From Leptospirales bacterium (GTDB taxonomy: Bacteria > Spirochaetota > Leptospiria > Turneriellales > JAOUFE01), in NCBI GenBank assembly GCA_040326155.1, contig JBEQLE010000028.1, positions 1-44,662 on the forward strand: 44,662 nt of DNA, read 5' to 3'. Numbering within the stretch: the stretch's first letter is position 1; each line of letters opens with the position of its first letter. Made by a program: the position numbers and the translations under genes. Under the pieces are notes generated by a model. The model searched no databases. It worked only from the letters and a program-made list of their open reading frames with translations, and was not told the DNA's origin. Shown piece by piece: positions 25,609 through 35,502 of the stretch.

Positions 25609-27630
25609 TTATCGGATTTTGTTGCGCAGGGTCCAGATGGACATAATAATAAGGTACATTGCCAACGATTTTTTATCGTTAATTTCGTTGTATTTATGCG
25701 CGGAGAGGTTGTTGGCCAGGTTTCTCAACTCTTTGTGTAGCCAGGGTTCGGTGAAGTTTGGAGATTTTAGCATGATACGGTAAATTGCCATGGTTTTTTC
25801 TTGGACATCTTTATCGACTTTTTCTTTCAAAATCATACGAACTTCGCCAAGTTTGTTATTCCATTTTTCATGCAATTTATCGAGAATTTCGGTAACGTTA
25901 CCACTGGCTCGATAATTTTTTTCAATGTCGACCAGGAATGTTTTCATTTTTGTACGGGCTTCTTTACGGTCGGCTGCTTCGCTATTGGCGGCCCTTGAGT
26001 CCGAATCTTCCTCTGTTGCTTCCGAGTTTTCGCTGCTTGTGTCAGAATTACCGCTGGCTTTACCTTGCCCCGTTTTTTTATTCCCTTTGAAGATATTGAT
26101 AATATAGAGAATAATTCTTGTTAAAAAGAACCGGTATACAAAAGGCAACGAGGCATAGGCTTCACGATAAATTTCGTTTCGGTCCAGACTGAGTATATCA
26201 ATATATTTTTTTAAAACATTTTTATTTGATTTAGCGTAATAGAACTTCATCCTGGCATAAAGGTCAGCGTCATTTTTACTGGCAATAAACAGATTAAAAA
26301 GACTTTCAGAATCTAAGAGCGAACTCTCCATAATCGGGTAACTTTTTCTGACAATAGTTCTGGTTTCTTCTTCGAAGGTTTTATCTCGCTTCATTTCGCC
26401 AAGGTCAGTATAAGAACTCAATGCTTTTCGCCATTTCTCGAGAAAAGTTTTGCGCAGATCGGTTGAAGCGTGACCCCTCTCTCTTTCAATTAGCGGTATT
26501 ACATAATCACGGTGAATGTAGATTTCTCCATTGGTATCGAAAAGCCGGAAAACCGGGGGTATAGGCAGGTCGGCGCCCTCTGTTCGACTGGGCTTGGTAT
26601 ACTCGGTAATAAATACATCTACCATATCGGCAAACTCAACTTTGTCGTAGGTTCCCGAAAAAGAACGCATAAAATTTGGATCATCGCGAACCAGACACAG
26701 ATCTTGCCGGGTAAAAGGGCGGTGAGTTTTTTGCATTATATGCAAGATTCGATGGATATCTTCTTTTTTATCGTTTTCTTTTCCTTCATCGATGGCCTGA
26801 GTCATTTGCTCTAATTTAAATTGCTTTAAAATAATTGCAGACTGATATACCGGCTGTATATCGCCGATATTTTTTTCCGACTCTAGTTTTTGAATTAGAT
26901 TTTCAGTAAAGTGAACAAAGAATTCGGCGGAGGCTTTTTCTTCCAGGGCAAGAATTCTCATGACCATATCAGAGTCATAATTTTTATCAGGTATAATGAT
27001 TTCGACGCTCTTAATAATAAAATCAACGATTTTAATATTTCCTGGCGATTTTAAATATTTGTAAATTTTTCGAAGACAGAGGTTTGGCAGCTGTGTAAAA
27101 ACTTTGGGCGTCAAAAGAATATGATTTTCAATTTCACTGAATACAATTTTCCCAATTATATCTTTAGAAATAACTTTTTCAATAATTTCGGTATTAATAT
27201 CGGCTTCGGGAATTTCCAGAACCATGTCAGGCATGGGCGGAATAATGAGATCTTTTTCTTGTGGAAATGGCAGAGTAATGTCATGTTCCATCATTCTTTT
27301 ATATCGGGCGTTAATCTGTTCAAATTCCGGTTCGACCAGTGTTAAACTGATAATTTCCCCGGTATCTTCTTTAATATGGCAAAACTTGTTGCGCTGTAAA
27401 TCTTCTACCAGCAAATTTATAACTCGCTTTGCTGTTTGAGTCAGTCGCAATGTGGCGTAGTTATGACGTTCGGCCCACTTTACAACTTCGAGAGTTAAAT
27501 CTTCGAGGTCAATATTCGGATTATTATTGAACTGAGCATAATGGCAGATCTGGGTAAAGATAACTCTTTCATCGTTATCCAGTATACCAATGGCAGCCAT
27601 AATCTGGGCAAGCTCCTCATCAGAGTACAT
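25609..27630 (-). CDS. Large alpha-helical hypothetical protein
   Basis: 673-aa ORF with host-like codon usage, one amphipathic/hydrophobic segment (LPFVYRFFLTRIILYIINIF) and an S/E-rich linker. No catalytic motif recognised. Confidence 0.8.
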   Translation of the reverse strand: MYSDEELAQIMAAIGILDNDERVIFTQICHYAQFNNNPNIDLEDLTLEVVKWAERHNYATLRLTQTAKRVINLLVEDLQRNKFCHIKEDTGEIISLTLVEPEFEQINARYKRMMEHDITLPFPQEKDLIIPPMPDMVLEIPEADINTEIIEKVISKDIIGKIVFSEIENHILLTPKVFTQLPNLCLRKIYKYLKSPGNIKIVDFIIKSVEIIIPDKNYDSDMVMRILALEEKASAEFFVHFTENLIQKLESEKNIGDIQPVYQSAIILKQFKLEQMTQAIDEGKENDKKEDIHRILHIMQKTHRPFTRQDLCLVRDDPNFMRSFSGTYDKVEFADMVDVFITEYTKPSRTEGADLPIPPVFRLFDTNGEIYIHRDYVIPLIERERGHASTDLRKTFLEKWRKALSSYTDLGEMKRDKTFEEETRTIVRKSYPIMESSLLDSESLFNLFIASKNDADLYARMKFYYAKSNKNVLKKYIDILSLDRNEIYREAYASLPFVYRFFLTRIILYIINIFKGNKKTGQGKASGNSDTSSENSEATEEDSDSRAANSEAADRKEARTKMKTFLVDIEKNYRASGNVTEILDKLHEKWNNKLGEVRMILKEKVDKDVQEKTMAIYRIMLKSPNFTEPWLHKELRNLANNLSAHKYNEINDKKSLAMYLIIMSIWTLRNKIR

Positions 27631-27935
27631 AATGTAATATGGAAGGTTTGATTTGATAATATTCCCTTTTTACCAGCCAGGTAATGAATTATAAAACGAG
27701 AGTTTAGAAAATTGTATTTGAATGTCAAATCATTTTTATATCCGACAAAGAATAGGTGTTCGCACTGCGCAATGCAACCGGACCACAAAAGTGTACCTTA
27801 TTATAAAAAAGCCATATTTTTCTAAATTTCAGGAATTGATTGCATAAAACCTGTAATTTGACTGTCATCTGCGCCGCTTTTTATCCCATCGGGCAAAAGA
27901 TTTGACGGTATGCCAATGATTGCGGTTTTGACAAT

Positions 27936-28340
27936 ATGAAAGAAAATTTTGAATATTTGTTAACGCAGGCTGCTCCTGCTACAGCAGCAACTGTCGAGAC
28001 GCCTTCGGATCCTGAAAATGTACCAGGCGCTACCGAACAATCGCCATTCGGCGGTTCAACAATGATGTTATTTACTTTAGCGTTTATGGCCGTAATATAC
28101 TTTGTAATGTTACGCCCACATACTAAAAAAGAAAAAGTACGTCAGAATGCATTGAAGACAATCACCAAAGGTGACAAAGTTGTAACTCGCGGTGGTATCT
28201 GGGGTACCGTTGTCGGAGAAAAAGAAGAGAAAGGCCTCCTGGTTTTAAAAATAGCAGAGAATGTTAAAGTTGAAGTCAGTAAAAGCGCCATTGAGCTTGT
28301 AAATCCGCAAGACGAAATTGTAAAAGAAGTAAAGAAATAG
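27936..28340 (+). CDS. yajC: Preprotein translocase subunit YajC
   Basis: TM helix ending IYFVMLRP, KGDKVVTRGGIWGTV, VKVEVSKSAI. Confidence 0.95.
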   Translation: MKENFEYLLTQAAPATAATVETPSDPENVPGATEQSPFGGSTMMLFTLAFMAVIYFVMLRPHTKKEKVRQNALKTITKGDKVVTRGGIWGTVVGEKEEKGLLVLKIAENVKVEVSKSAIELVNPQDEIVKEVKK

Positions 28341-28356
28341 TTTTTGTAGCCGGCAA

Positions 28357-29034
28357 ATGGAAATAATGAGAAAAATCATAAGCCGGTTATATCCGGTTTT
28401 CATTATTGCCGGATTATTTTTATATGTCGGCGTAACAGGAGTTTTCACACAAACGGTTGTTGACACTACAGACGAAGCAGTTGAAACGGTACCCGAAGTT
28501 ACGGAACCGGACAAAGTTTCGCCCAACGCCGAAGAGTTACTGGAGACAGAGCCGGGTTCCGATGGGGAAGATTCTTCCACATTGGACCAACCTGAAGAGA
28601 ACTCGACAGAGAGTATTAAAACTGACGAAACTGAGAAAGTTGAGAATACCGAAGTAAAAGGCGAAACGGAATTGCCCCCGGTTAAGCCTGAAAAAAACAG
28701 AAAAAAACGCAAAAAGAAGAAAGTTGCCAGAAAACCAAAGCAAAAAAGTCCACTCGAGCAATTTCGGTGGACGCCTGAAGACCCTTCTTTTTTGTATGAA
28801 ACCCGTTTCCTTCCAGGGCAAGTTGTAGAACAGGAATTTTTGTCTGTAGAACAGGAAAAAGAAGTTGCCGAAGAAAGAATAGAAGAAGAAAAGAATTTTC
28901 GAGAAAGTCTGGAAAAACTTGATTTTCAACTTCCGGAGCCGGGAAAACTTGCTTTTGTTGTTATTACTGTAATTATAATAGTTGTTTATCGCATTCAAGT
29001 AAATAAGGCAAAAAAGAAACGTGGTAAATTTTAA
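28357..29034 (+). CDS. Membrane-anchored acidic/basic low-complexity protein inside the Sec operon
   Basis: N-terminal signal or TM, E/T/D-rich linker, KKNRKKRKKKK basic block, C-terminal TM (LAFVVITVIIIVVYR) and KAKKKRGKF tail. Lies 16 bp after yajC and 18 bp before secD. Confidence 0.8.
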   Translation: MEIMRKIISRLYPVFIIAGLFLYVGVTGVFTQTVVDTTDEAVETVPEVTEPDKVSPNAEELLETEPGSDGEDSSTLDQPEENSTESIKTDETEKVENTEVKGETELPPVKPEKNRKKRKKKKVARKPKQKSPLEQFRWTPEDPSFLYETRFLPGQVVEQEFLSVEQEKEVAEERIEEEKNFRESLEKLDFQLPEPGKLAFVVITVIIIVVYRIQVNKAKKKRGKF

Positions 29035-29052
29035 AAAAAATAGGAGAGACCA

Positions 29053-30936
29053 TTGAATACACGATTTCGAATAACGGTTATATTACTGGCCGTAATAGTT
29101 TGTACAATTTTGGTTTGGCCGAATATCGGTACTCGCACAATTAATGTACACTTCCTGCCATATCAGGATGAAACAAAAATTGAAGATACAGTCGATGAGA
29201 TTAACGCTTTTTTGAAAGAGCAATATGAAGGTCGATTTACCGGTGATGTCGCCGAATTGGTAGACGAAGATGGAAAGAAAACCAAAGTTTTTCAAGTGAA
29301 AGGCAGCTGGGTGCAAGCAACATTATTAAATGAGCTTAGCAGAATTCCCGGCGTCAACAGTGAAAAAGTTATCATAGAAACGATGTGGATTGAGAAATAC
29401 CTGAAAGCGAAGCCTTTTAAATTAGGACTCGACTTGCAGGGCGGAATGAATCTGCTGTATGAAGCTGATTTTGATGAGCTGAGTATTATGTTGAACAAGC
29501 AATATCCGGTCGAAAAAATTACGGAGTTGCAAAACAAGTTGTTGCAAACTCAAGATCCAGATGCGAAAGAAAAAATACAAATTGAACTCGATACAATAAA
29601 TCGAATTCTTGATTTATCTCCCGCAAGAAGAAAAGAGTACATATTGGGGGCTAAAGAGATTATTGGTTCTCGTGTTGATACTTTCGGAGTTTCCGAACCT
29701 CTTGTTCGAATGCAAGGGGACGATAAAATTGAAATCTCGCTTCCAGGGGTGGCGTCACCTCAGCAGGCAAAGAATGCCATTTCATCGACGGCCAGGGTGG
29801 AGTACCATCTTGCCGAACCGGGCGGAACGGGGGGGCAGTACACAGTACTTGCGAACCAACACTTTCCGGATTATTTTAAATTGGACAGTAAAGAAGAAAA
29901 AAAAGAATATCTTCAAATGGTCCGTGAAGAAATTAAACTACCATATCAGTATGGTATATTTGTTGAATGGGACAAAAAACCGAAAAAGTTTGAAGACCCG
30001 GAAGAAAGATTTCTAAAAATGAAACGGATTCCGGTCCAGTTTCTTGTGCTGTTGCAAAAACCGGCTTTGTCGGGGGACGACATGACACCCAATGCTTATG
30101 CATATCAAGAAGAAGATAGTTTTTATTATACGGTAAGTTTTGAACTGACCTCTGAAGGAACAAAAAAGTTCAGTGAGTTGACGACAAAAAACACAGGCCG
30201 ATTGCTGGCCGTTGTTTTCGATAACAAAATTGTATCTTCTCCTGTCATTAACCAACCTATTTTATCGAGTCGTGCCATAATTAACGGTGATTTTTATCAA
30301 GACGAGGGAAATGAACTGGCGCTGATTATTAAAGAAGGTTCTTTGCCGGTTCCCCTGATCATCGTTGCAGAGCGGTCGGTTGGTCCTACCCTTGGTAAAG
30401 CTTCGATTGAAGCTGGTGTGAAAGCAATTTTATTCGGTCTTATTGGTGTAGCTGTTTTTATGCTGTTTTACTATCACATGGCGGGCTTAGTTGCGCTTTT
30501 TGCGCTGGCGCTAAACCTGTTGTTTGTTGCGGCGCTGTTGGCCTTAATGAAATTTACGGTTACTTTGCCGGGGCTGGCTGGTATTGTGCTGACGCTGGGT
30601 ATGATCGTTGATGCGAATGTAATTATTTATGAACGTATACGAGAAGAGCTGGGTAAAGGCAAGTCGTTCAAGGTGGCAATCTCGCAGGGGTTTGACCGAG
30701 CGACCTGGACCATCGTAGATTCAAACTTAACAACAATTTTAGCGGCGATCGTTTTACTGAATCTTGGAACCGGACCTATCAAAGGGTTTGCGGTTACCTT
30801 GTTTATCGGTATTATTACATCGCTGTTTACATCACTATATGTAAGTAGAACATTACTGACTGTACTGGCTTACGATTTAAATATTAAAAGATTCTCGGTA
30901 GGTTGGAAAACCTACATGAAGAACCTGGAAGCGTAA
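29053..30936 (+). CDS. secD: Protein translocase subunit SecD
   Basis: KLGLDLQGG, RVDTFGVSEP, ERSVGPTLG, TLPGLAGIVLTLGMIVDANVIIYERIREE, GPIKGFAVTL. TTG start with AGGAG RBS. Confidence 0.98.
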   Translation: MNTRFRITVILLAVIVCTILVWPNIGTRTINVHFLPYQDETKIEDTVDEINAFLKEQYEGRFTGDVAELVDEDGKKTKVFQVKGSWVQATLLNELSRIPGVNSEKVIIETMWIEKYLKAKPFKLGLDLQGGMNLLYEADFDELSIMLNKQYPVEKITELQNKLLQTQDPDAKEKIQIELDTINRILDLSPARRKEYILGAKEIIGSRVDTFGVSEPLVRMQGDDKIEISLPGVASPQQAKNAISSTARVEYHLAEPGGTGGQYTVLANQHFPDYFKLDSKEEKKEYLQMVREEIKLPYQYGIFVEWDKKPKKFEDPEERFLKMKRIPVQFLVLLQKPALSGDDMTPNAYAYQEEDSFYYTVSFELTSEGTKKFSELTTKNTGRLLAVVFDNKIVSSPVINQPILSSRAIINGDFYQDEGNELALIIKEGSLPVPLIIVAERSVGPTLGKASIEAGVKAILFGLIGVAVFMLFYYHMAGLVALFALALNLLFVAALLALMKFTVTLPGLAGIVLTLGMIVDANVIIYERIREELGKGKSFKVAISQGFDRATWTIVDSNLTTILAAIVLLNLGTGPIKGFAVTLFIGIITSLFTSLYVSRTLLTVLAYDLNIKRFSVGWKTYMKNLEA

Positions 30937-30945
30937 CGGAGTTTA

Positions 30946-31896
30946 ATGATGATACCTTTTATGCGATTAAAGTGGGTAGGACTCACAATCTCTGTGTTTT
31001 TAATTATTGGCGGTTTCTTATACACATTTAAGACTCTGGACGGCTTTCGAGAAGGCATTGATTTTGCCGGTGGAATAAAAATCGAAATGAAAGTCGGCGA
31101 AGGGATAGATATTGAAAGTGTACGAAGTGCGCTGAAGCAACTTGATGTGGACGGTAAAGTTCAGATAGCAGATAAAGAAGTTGAAAATCTGTTTAAAGTG
31201 GAAATTGGCGGGCAGGATGAAGAAGCGCTGAAAGCAAAAGCGCTGGAACATTCTAAAGATTTATTGAAAGCAAACTATACGGTTGACGCTATCGATTATG
31301 TAAAATATAATTTTGGAAATATTCTGGCAGGTGGCGACCAGACTCAAATTAAGTATCTAAACGATACCCATGTCGGGCCTTCTTTTGGAATCTATTTACG
31401 TAAAATGGCATATCGGCTATTGCTGATAACGCTTGTTTTAATTACCATTTACATTACTTTTCGTTTCAGGTTTGTATTTGCCGTTGGAGCGATGGTGGCC
31501 TTGTTGCACGATTTGGCTATGACTATGGTCGTTATTGGAGTGTTTCAGATTCCCTTGTCGACCCCGGTTATTGCTGCGCTTTTAACGATACTCGGTTACT
31601 CTATTAACGATACAATTGTAATTTTTGACCGAATACGGGAAAACCAACGAGGTTCTGAAAAAATCAACTTTGAAGGACAAGTGAACCGCTCTATTAACCA
31701 GTCACTTGCAAGGACTATAATTACATCGTTAACGACACTTATTGCCATAGCTTCGGTGTATATATTAGCCCAGGATACTCTACAGGAAATGGCTTTGGTG
31801 TTAATTTTTGGTATCATTATTGGAACTTACTCTTCGTCATTTGTTGCGAGCCCCGTACTCGTAATCTGGGAGAGATATGTAAATAAGGTAAGGTAA
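30946..31896 (+). CDS. secF: Protein translocase subunit SecF
   Basis: GIDFAGG, VGPSFG, ALLHD, GYSINDTIVIFDRIREN, RTIITSLTT, GTYSS. Confidence 0.98.
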   Translation: MMIPFMRLKWVGLTISVFLIIGGFLYTFKTLDGFREGIDFAGGIKIEMKVGEGIDIESVRSALKQLDVDGKVQIADKEVENLFKVEIGGQDEEALKAKALEHSKDLLKANYTVDAIDYVKYNFGNILAGGDQTQIKYLNDTHVGPSFGIYLRKMAYRLLLITLVLITIYITFRFRFVFAVGAMVALLHDLAMTMVVIGVFQIPLSTPVIAALLTILGYSINDTIVIFDRIRENQRGSEKINFEGQVNRSINQSLARTIITSLTTLIAIASVYILAQDTLQEMALVLIFGIIIGTYSSSFVASPVLVIWERYVNKVR

Positions 31897-32858
31897 TGCC
31901 TGAATCCTGGACACTGTATTTATTTTTACCCGGAATAATTTTACTAATTAAAGGGGCTGACTGGCTGGTCGATGGTTCGTCTTCGATTGCCGGAAAAATG
32001 GGCATTTCTCAGCTTGTAATCGGACTGACGTTTGTTGCCTTTGGAACGTCAGCGCCTGAGCTTGCCGTCAGCTCTTTAGCGAGTATCGCTGGAAATTCCG
32101 GTGTCGCCCTGGGTAACATATTGGGTAGTAACATTGCCAATATATTGTTTATTCTGGGGACCGCCGCTGTAATTTATCCATTAAAAGTAGAAAAGAATAC
32201 AGCTTTCAGGGAAATACCTTTCTCCATGCTTGCGGCCTTAGTTCTGGCAGTTTTGGTGAATGATGTTGTTATTGATGGCGCATCCGTTGCCGAGCTTACG
32301 CGAAGCGATGGGTTGATTATGCTCGCCTTCTTTACCCTGTTTTTATACTACGTATTTTCCATTGCAAAAAATTCCAAAGAAAACGAAGTGGACGTCGCAG
32401 ACCTTACTACGTCTCGCGCCGTAATTTTTATTATCGTTGGAATTGCCGGGCTTACGTTCGGTGGAAATTTAATTGTTAAAGCTGCCGTTATGATGGCAGA
32501 AAGCTGGGGACTATCCGAACGGATAATCGGTTTAACGGTTGTTGCAATAGGAACATCGCTTCCGGAGCTTGCCACATCTGCGGTTGCGGCATATAAAAAG
32601 AATACCGATATTGCCATAGGTAATGTTGTCGGTTCCAATATTTTTAATATTTTCTGGGTTTTGGGAATTGCCGCGACCATTCGTCCTTTACCTGGCGAAG
32701 AGGGGGTAAACCTCGATATCGGGCTGGTTGTACTTTCTTCAGCTCTATTAATGGGACTTTTGTTCTTTCGAAAGAAACATATGCTCAATAGAGGCCATGG
32801 AATCCTGTTTTTATTACTTTATTTTACATATTTAACCACTTTAGTGGTATTACGTTAA
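31896..32858 (+). CDS. Ca2+/Na+ antiporter (CaCA/YrbG family)
   Basis: Two alpha-repeats, GTSAPEL...GNILGSNIAN and GTSLPEL...GNVVGSNIFN. TAATG overlap with secF. Confidence 0.95.
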   Translation: MPESWTLYLFLPGIILLIKGADWLVDGSSSIAGKMGISQLVIGLTFVAFGTSAPELAVSSLASIAGNSGVALGNILGSNIANILFILGTAAVIYPLKVEKNTAFREIPFSMLAALVLAVLVNDVVIDGASVAELTRSDGLIMLAFFTLFLYYVFSIAKNSKENEVDVADLTTSRAVIFIIVGIAGLTFGGNLIVKAAVMMAESWGLSERIIGLTVVAIGTSLPELATSAVAAYKKNTDIAIGNVVGSNIFNIFWVLGIAATIRPLPGEEGVNLDIGLVVLSSALLMGLLFFRKKHMLNRGHGILFLLLYFTYLTTLVVLR

Positions 32859-32865
32859 TTTTTTC

Positions 32866-32895
32866 TTTACAGTTTTAACTTAATTATTATATACT
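32866..32895 (+). promoter_or_regulatory. Putative sigma-70 promoter of the DUF151 gene
   Basis: TTTACA-N18-TATACT. The ATG follows 8 nt later with no Shine-Dalgarno sequence. Confidence 0.5.
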
Positions 32896-32903
32896 AAATA
32901 CAA

Positions 32904-33704
32904 ATGCTTGAAGTACGTATCTCAGAAGTTTCCGTCACTCGTATGGGTTTTGCCATTGTATTAAAACCCTTGTTGAGAAATAAAGTTGTCCCGATATTTA
33001 TCGGGCCCCTGGAGACATATTCCATCTCTAGCGCGATTGAAGGTCAGGTCAGTGAAAGACCTTTAACGCATGATCTGACAAAAAATATACTGGAACGCCT
33101 TGATTACCGCCTGGTAAAAGTCGAAGTGAATAGTTTCAAAAGTGGAACATTCTTTGCCCGTATATTTTTATCGCAAACCGGTAACCGGCAAACACTTATT
33201 GAGCTGGACTCTAGACCTTCGGACGCTATAGCGTTGGCAATTCGTTTTGATGTGCCAATTTTTATGGCAGAAGAAGTATATGCTAAAGTCGCCGTTGAGA
33301 TTAGTATTTTACGGGATAAGAAAATGGAAGAGGCGGAAGAACTTCTAACAATATTAGAAGAGACTATACCTGAAGATGGGATGACCGACGACCATCGAGA
33401 AGAGATGATACAGTCTATACTCGATGATTTTGGCGAACCTGGCGGCACACCGTCAACGTCTGCCCCGAAAACGGGAAAAGAGGGACGATCAAACAAAACA
33501 ACAGATACTGAAGTTTTCCAGAGTAAAGAAGATGTTTTAGAGCAGATGCTGAAGACAGCTATTCGTAATGAAAAATACGAAGACGCGGCAATAATACGAG
33601 ATGAAATTCGAAGTAATAAGAAGAACCCGAAAAACGTCTCTTTTTTACAAGAAAAACCAAAAGAAGCCCGGGATAACTCGAAGGGCGAAAACCATTCGGA
33701 GTAA
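32904..33704 (+). CDS. Bifunctional nuclease family (DUF151) protein with C-terminal UVR motif
   Basis: VPIFIGPLE, RPLTHDL, GTFFARI, LDSRPSDAIALA, and UVR-like AIRNEKYEDAAIIRDEI. Confidence 0.92.
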   Translation: MLEVRISEVSVTRMGFAIVLKPLLRNKVVPIFIGPLETYSISSAIEGQVSERPLTHDLTKNILERLDYRLVKVEVNSFKSGTFFARIFLSQTGNRQTLIELDSRPSDAIALAIRFDVPIFMAEEVYAKVAVEISILRDKKMEEAEELLTILEETIPEDGMTDDHREEMIQSILDDFGEPGGTPSTSAPKTGKEGRSNKTTDTEVFQSKEDVLEQMLKTAIRNEKYEDAAIIRDEIRSNKKNPKNVSFLQEKPKEARDNSKGENHSE

Positions 33705-35419
33705 TGGCGAAGTACCTGTTAATCGACTACTATGTCGATGAACCGGCGTGTTTTGGAGTTCCCCCTTTTGTTAGTCCTTATGTACGGTACACCTGTGGCG
33801 CTTTAAAAAATGGTTCAAGCGACGACGTCGTGTATTGCGCAGTTGATGAATTGCGTTTACGAGACTTTAAGATTGAGTCTGGAGAATACAATTATCTTAT
33901 CATTATTGCTGGTTCTACAGTGCCGGGAAAGTATCTCGGGGGGAAAATCGGTTCTATTGCCGAGCTTGTCAGACTTTTACAAGAAAACTCGGCTTATCAC
34001 GGAAAAATTTTAATCGGGGGGCCGGTAAAAAACTCTTCACCAGAAATACTCGATAAACTGCGGGAACTCGGGGCAGAAGTTGTGCTCGGCGATATCGAAG
34101 AAGCGGCATTTTCTCTGGCCAATGGGCAGACGGTTGGGCAAAATTTCACTGCATGTTCTACGTATGAAAAAATCAATTCTTACGCATTGAGTGGAGCCGA
34201 AATAATCAGGCAACATTTTCGCTTTCCTTTTGTAATAGCCGAACTAGAAACATACCGAGGTTGTACGAGAAAACTTCATTGTTCGTTTTGTTCTGAAACA
34301 TTTTACGGAAAGCCCGCTTTTCGCCCGATTAGCGATATATTACATGAAGTGAAAAGGTTGTACGAGACCGGGTGTGTTTATTTTCGTCTTGGCAGGCAGG
34401 CTGATCTTTATGCGTACATGGCGAGTATGGACGACCAGAAAAATGGATACCCGCGCCCCAACGTCGCAGTTTTAGAAGAACTTTATAAAGGTATTCGTAG
34501 CGTAGCCCCAAATTTGAAAGTTCTCCATTTAGATAATGTGAACCCCGGTTATCTGGCAACCTACCCGGTGGAAGCCGCTGAAATAACAAAAATAATTCGG
34601 GACAATAATACAGAGCTCGATACTGCTGCCATGGGTATGGAGTCTGTTGACCCCGCAGTAATAAAAAAGAATTTTTTAAAGGCAAGCCCTGACGAGGTTT
34701 TTTCTGCAATTGAAATTGTAAATAAGTTCGGAACAGGCCAGGGTGAATTTCCCGCTCTTTCGCCGGGTATTAATATTCTAGGCGGACTTCCGGGAGAGAC
34801 CGAAAAGACACACGAGATGAACTACCTTTTTTTAAAGAAGGTTTTAGATTCGGGGCAAATGTTGCGTAGAATTAATATACGCCAGGTTCGTCCGATTGTA
34901 AATACACAGGTTGTGTCGATTCTAAACAAAGAGAAAAACAAAAATTACAGGGCTTTGAAAAATCGTTTCGATTATTTTAAGAAGAAAATTCGTAAAGATA
35001 TTGATGAGAAGATGCTGGAAAGGGTATTTCCTAAAGGCAGTGTTATTAAGGGTGTTATTCTTGAGAAAAGAGTCGTGAATGGGTTCTTAGGACGCGCCAT
35101 CGGCAGTTACCCGATTACCTGCCATCTCTGGGTGAGCGATGAGTTTATGAAGCGTGAAGTAGCGACACATGATTTTCTTGGTCCATTTGTAGAGGTCAGC
35201 GCTCTGGTGGTGGGCTATAAAGAGAGGGCACTGTACGCAATCGCTCTTGAGGATAATCTTGACCGACTTCCCGAGAATATCTGGAAAAAAATACTGCCGA
35301 GAGAGTTAGCAATAAAAGTATGGGAAAAAGGGCTTTTGAGCCAGGCTGCTTTTTTACCCCCATTTTTAAAACCCGCACTTGAACGGACTTTTGAACTACC
35401 AACCAAAGGCCATAGGTAG
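33704..35419 (+). CDS. Radical SAM protein, COG1031-like (mainly archaeal family)
   Basis: IDYYVDEPACFGVPPFVSPY N-terminus, ETYRGCTRKLHCSFC, FRLGRQAD, LHLDNVNP, GLPGET, RRINIRQV, GRAIGSYPI. Confidence 0.85.
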   Translation: MAKYLLIDYYVDEPACFGVPPFVSPYVRYTCGALKNGSSDDVVYCAVDELRLRDFKIESGEYNYLIIIAGSTVPGKYLGGKIGSIAELVRLLQENSAYHGKILIGGPVKNSSPEILDKLRELGAEVVLGDIEEAAFSLANGQTVGQNFTACSTYEKINSYALSGAEIIRQHFRFPFVIAELETYRGCTRKLHCSFCSETFYGKPAFRPISDILHEVKRLYETGCVYFRLGRQADLYAYMASMDDQKNGYPRPNVAVLEELYKGIRSVAPNLKVLHLDNVNPGYLATYPVEAAEITKIIRDNNTELDTAAMGMESVDPAVIKKNFLKASPDEVFSAIEIVNKFGTGQGEFPALSPGINILGGLPGETEKTHEMNYLFLKKVLDSGQMLRRINIRQVRPIVNTQVVSILNKEKNKNYRALKNRFDYFKKKIRKDIDEKMLERVFPKGSVIKGVILEKRVVNGFLGRAIGSYPITCHLWVSDEFMKREVATHDFLGPFVEVSALVVGYKERALYAIALEDNLDRLPENIWKKILPRELAIKVWEKGLLSQAAFLPPFLKPALERTFELPTKGHR

Positions 35420-35502
35420 TTACGCCATAAATTCGCTATGTCATTATTTACCAAATTATTCTGGATATAATGTGTTATGTTTTATAAATTGGATATCATA
35501 TT

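Noticed and set aside
27902..27935. TTGACG 28 nt before the yajC ATG as another leaderless promoter
   Set aside because: No acceptable -10 hexamer at 16-18 nt spacing.
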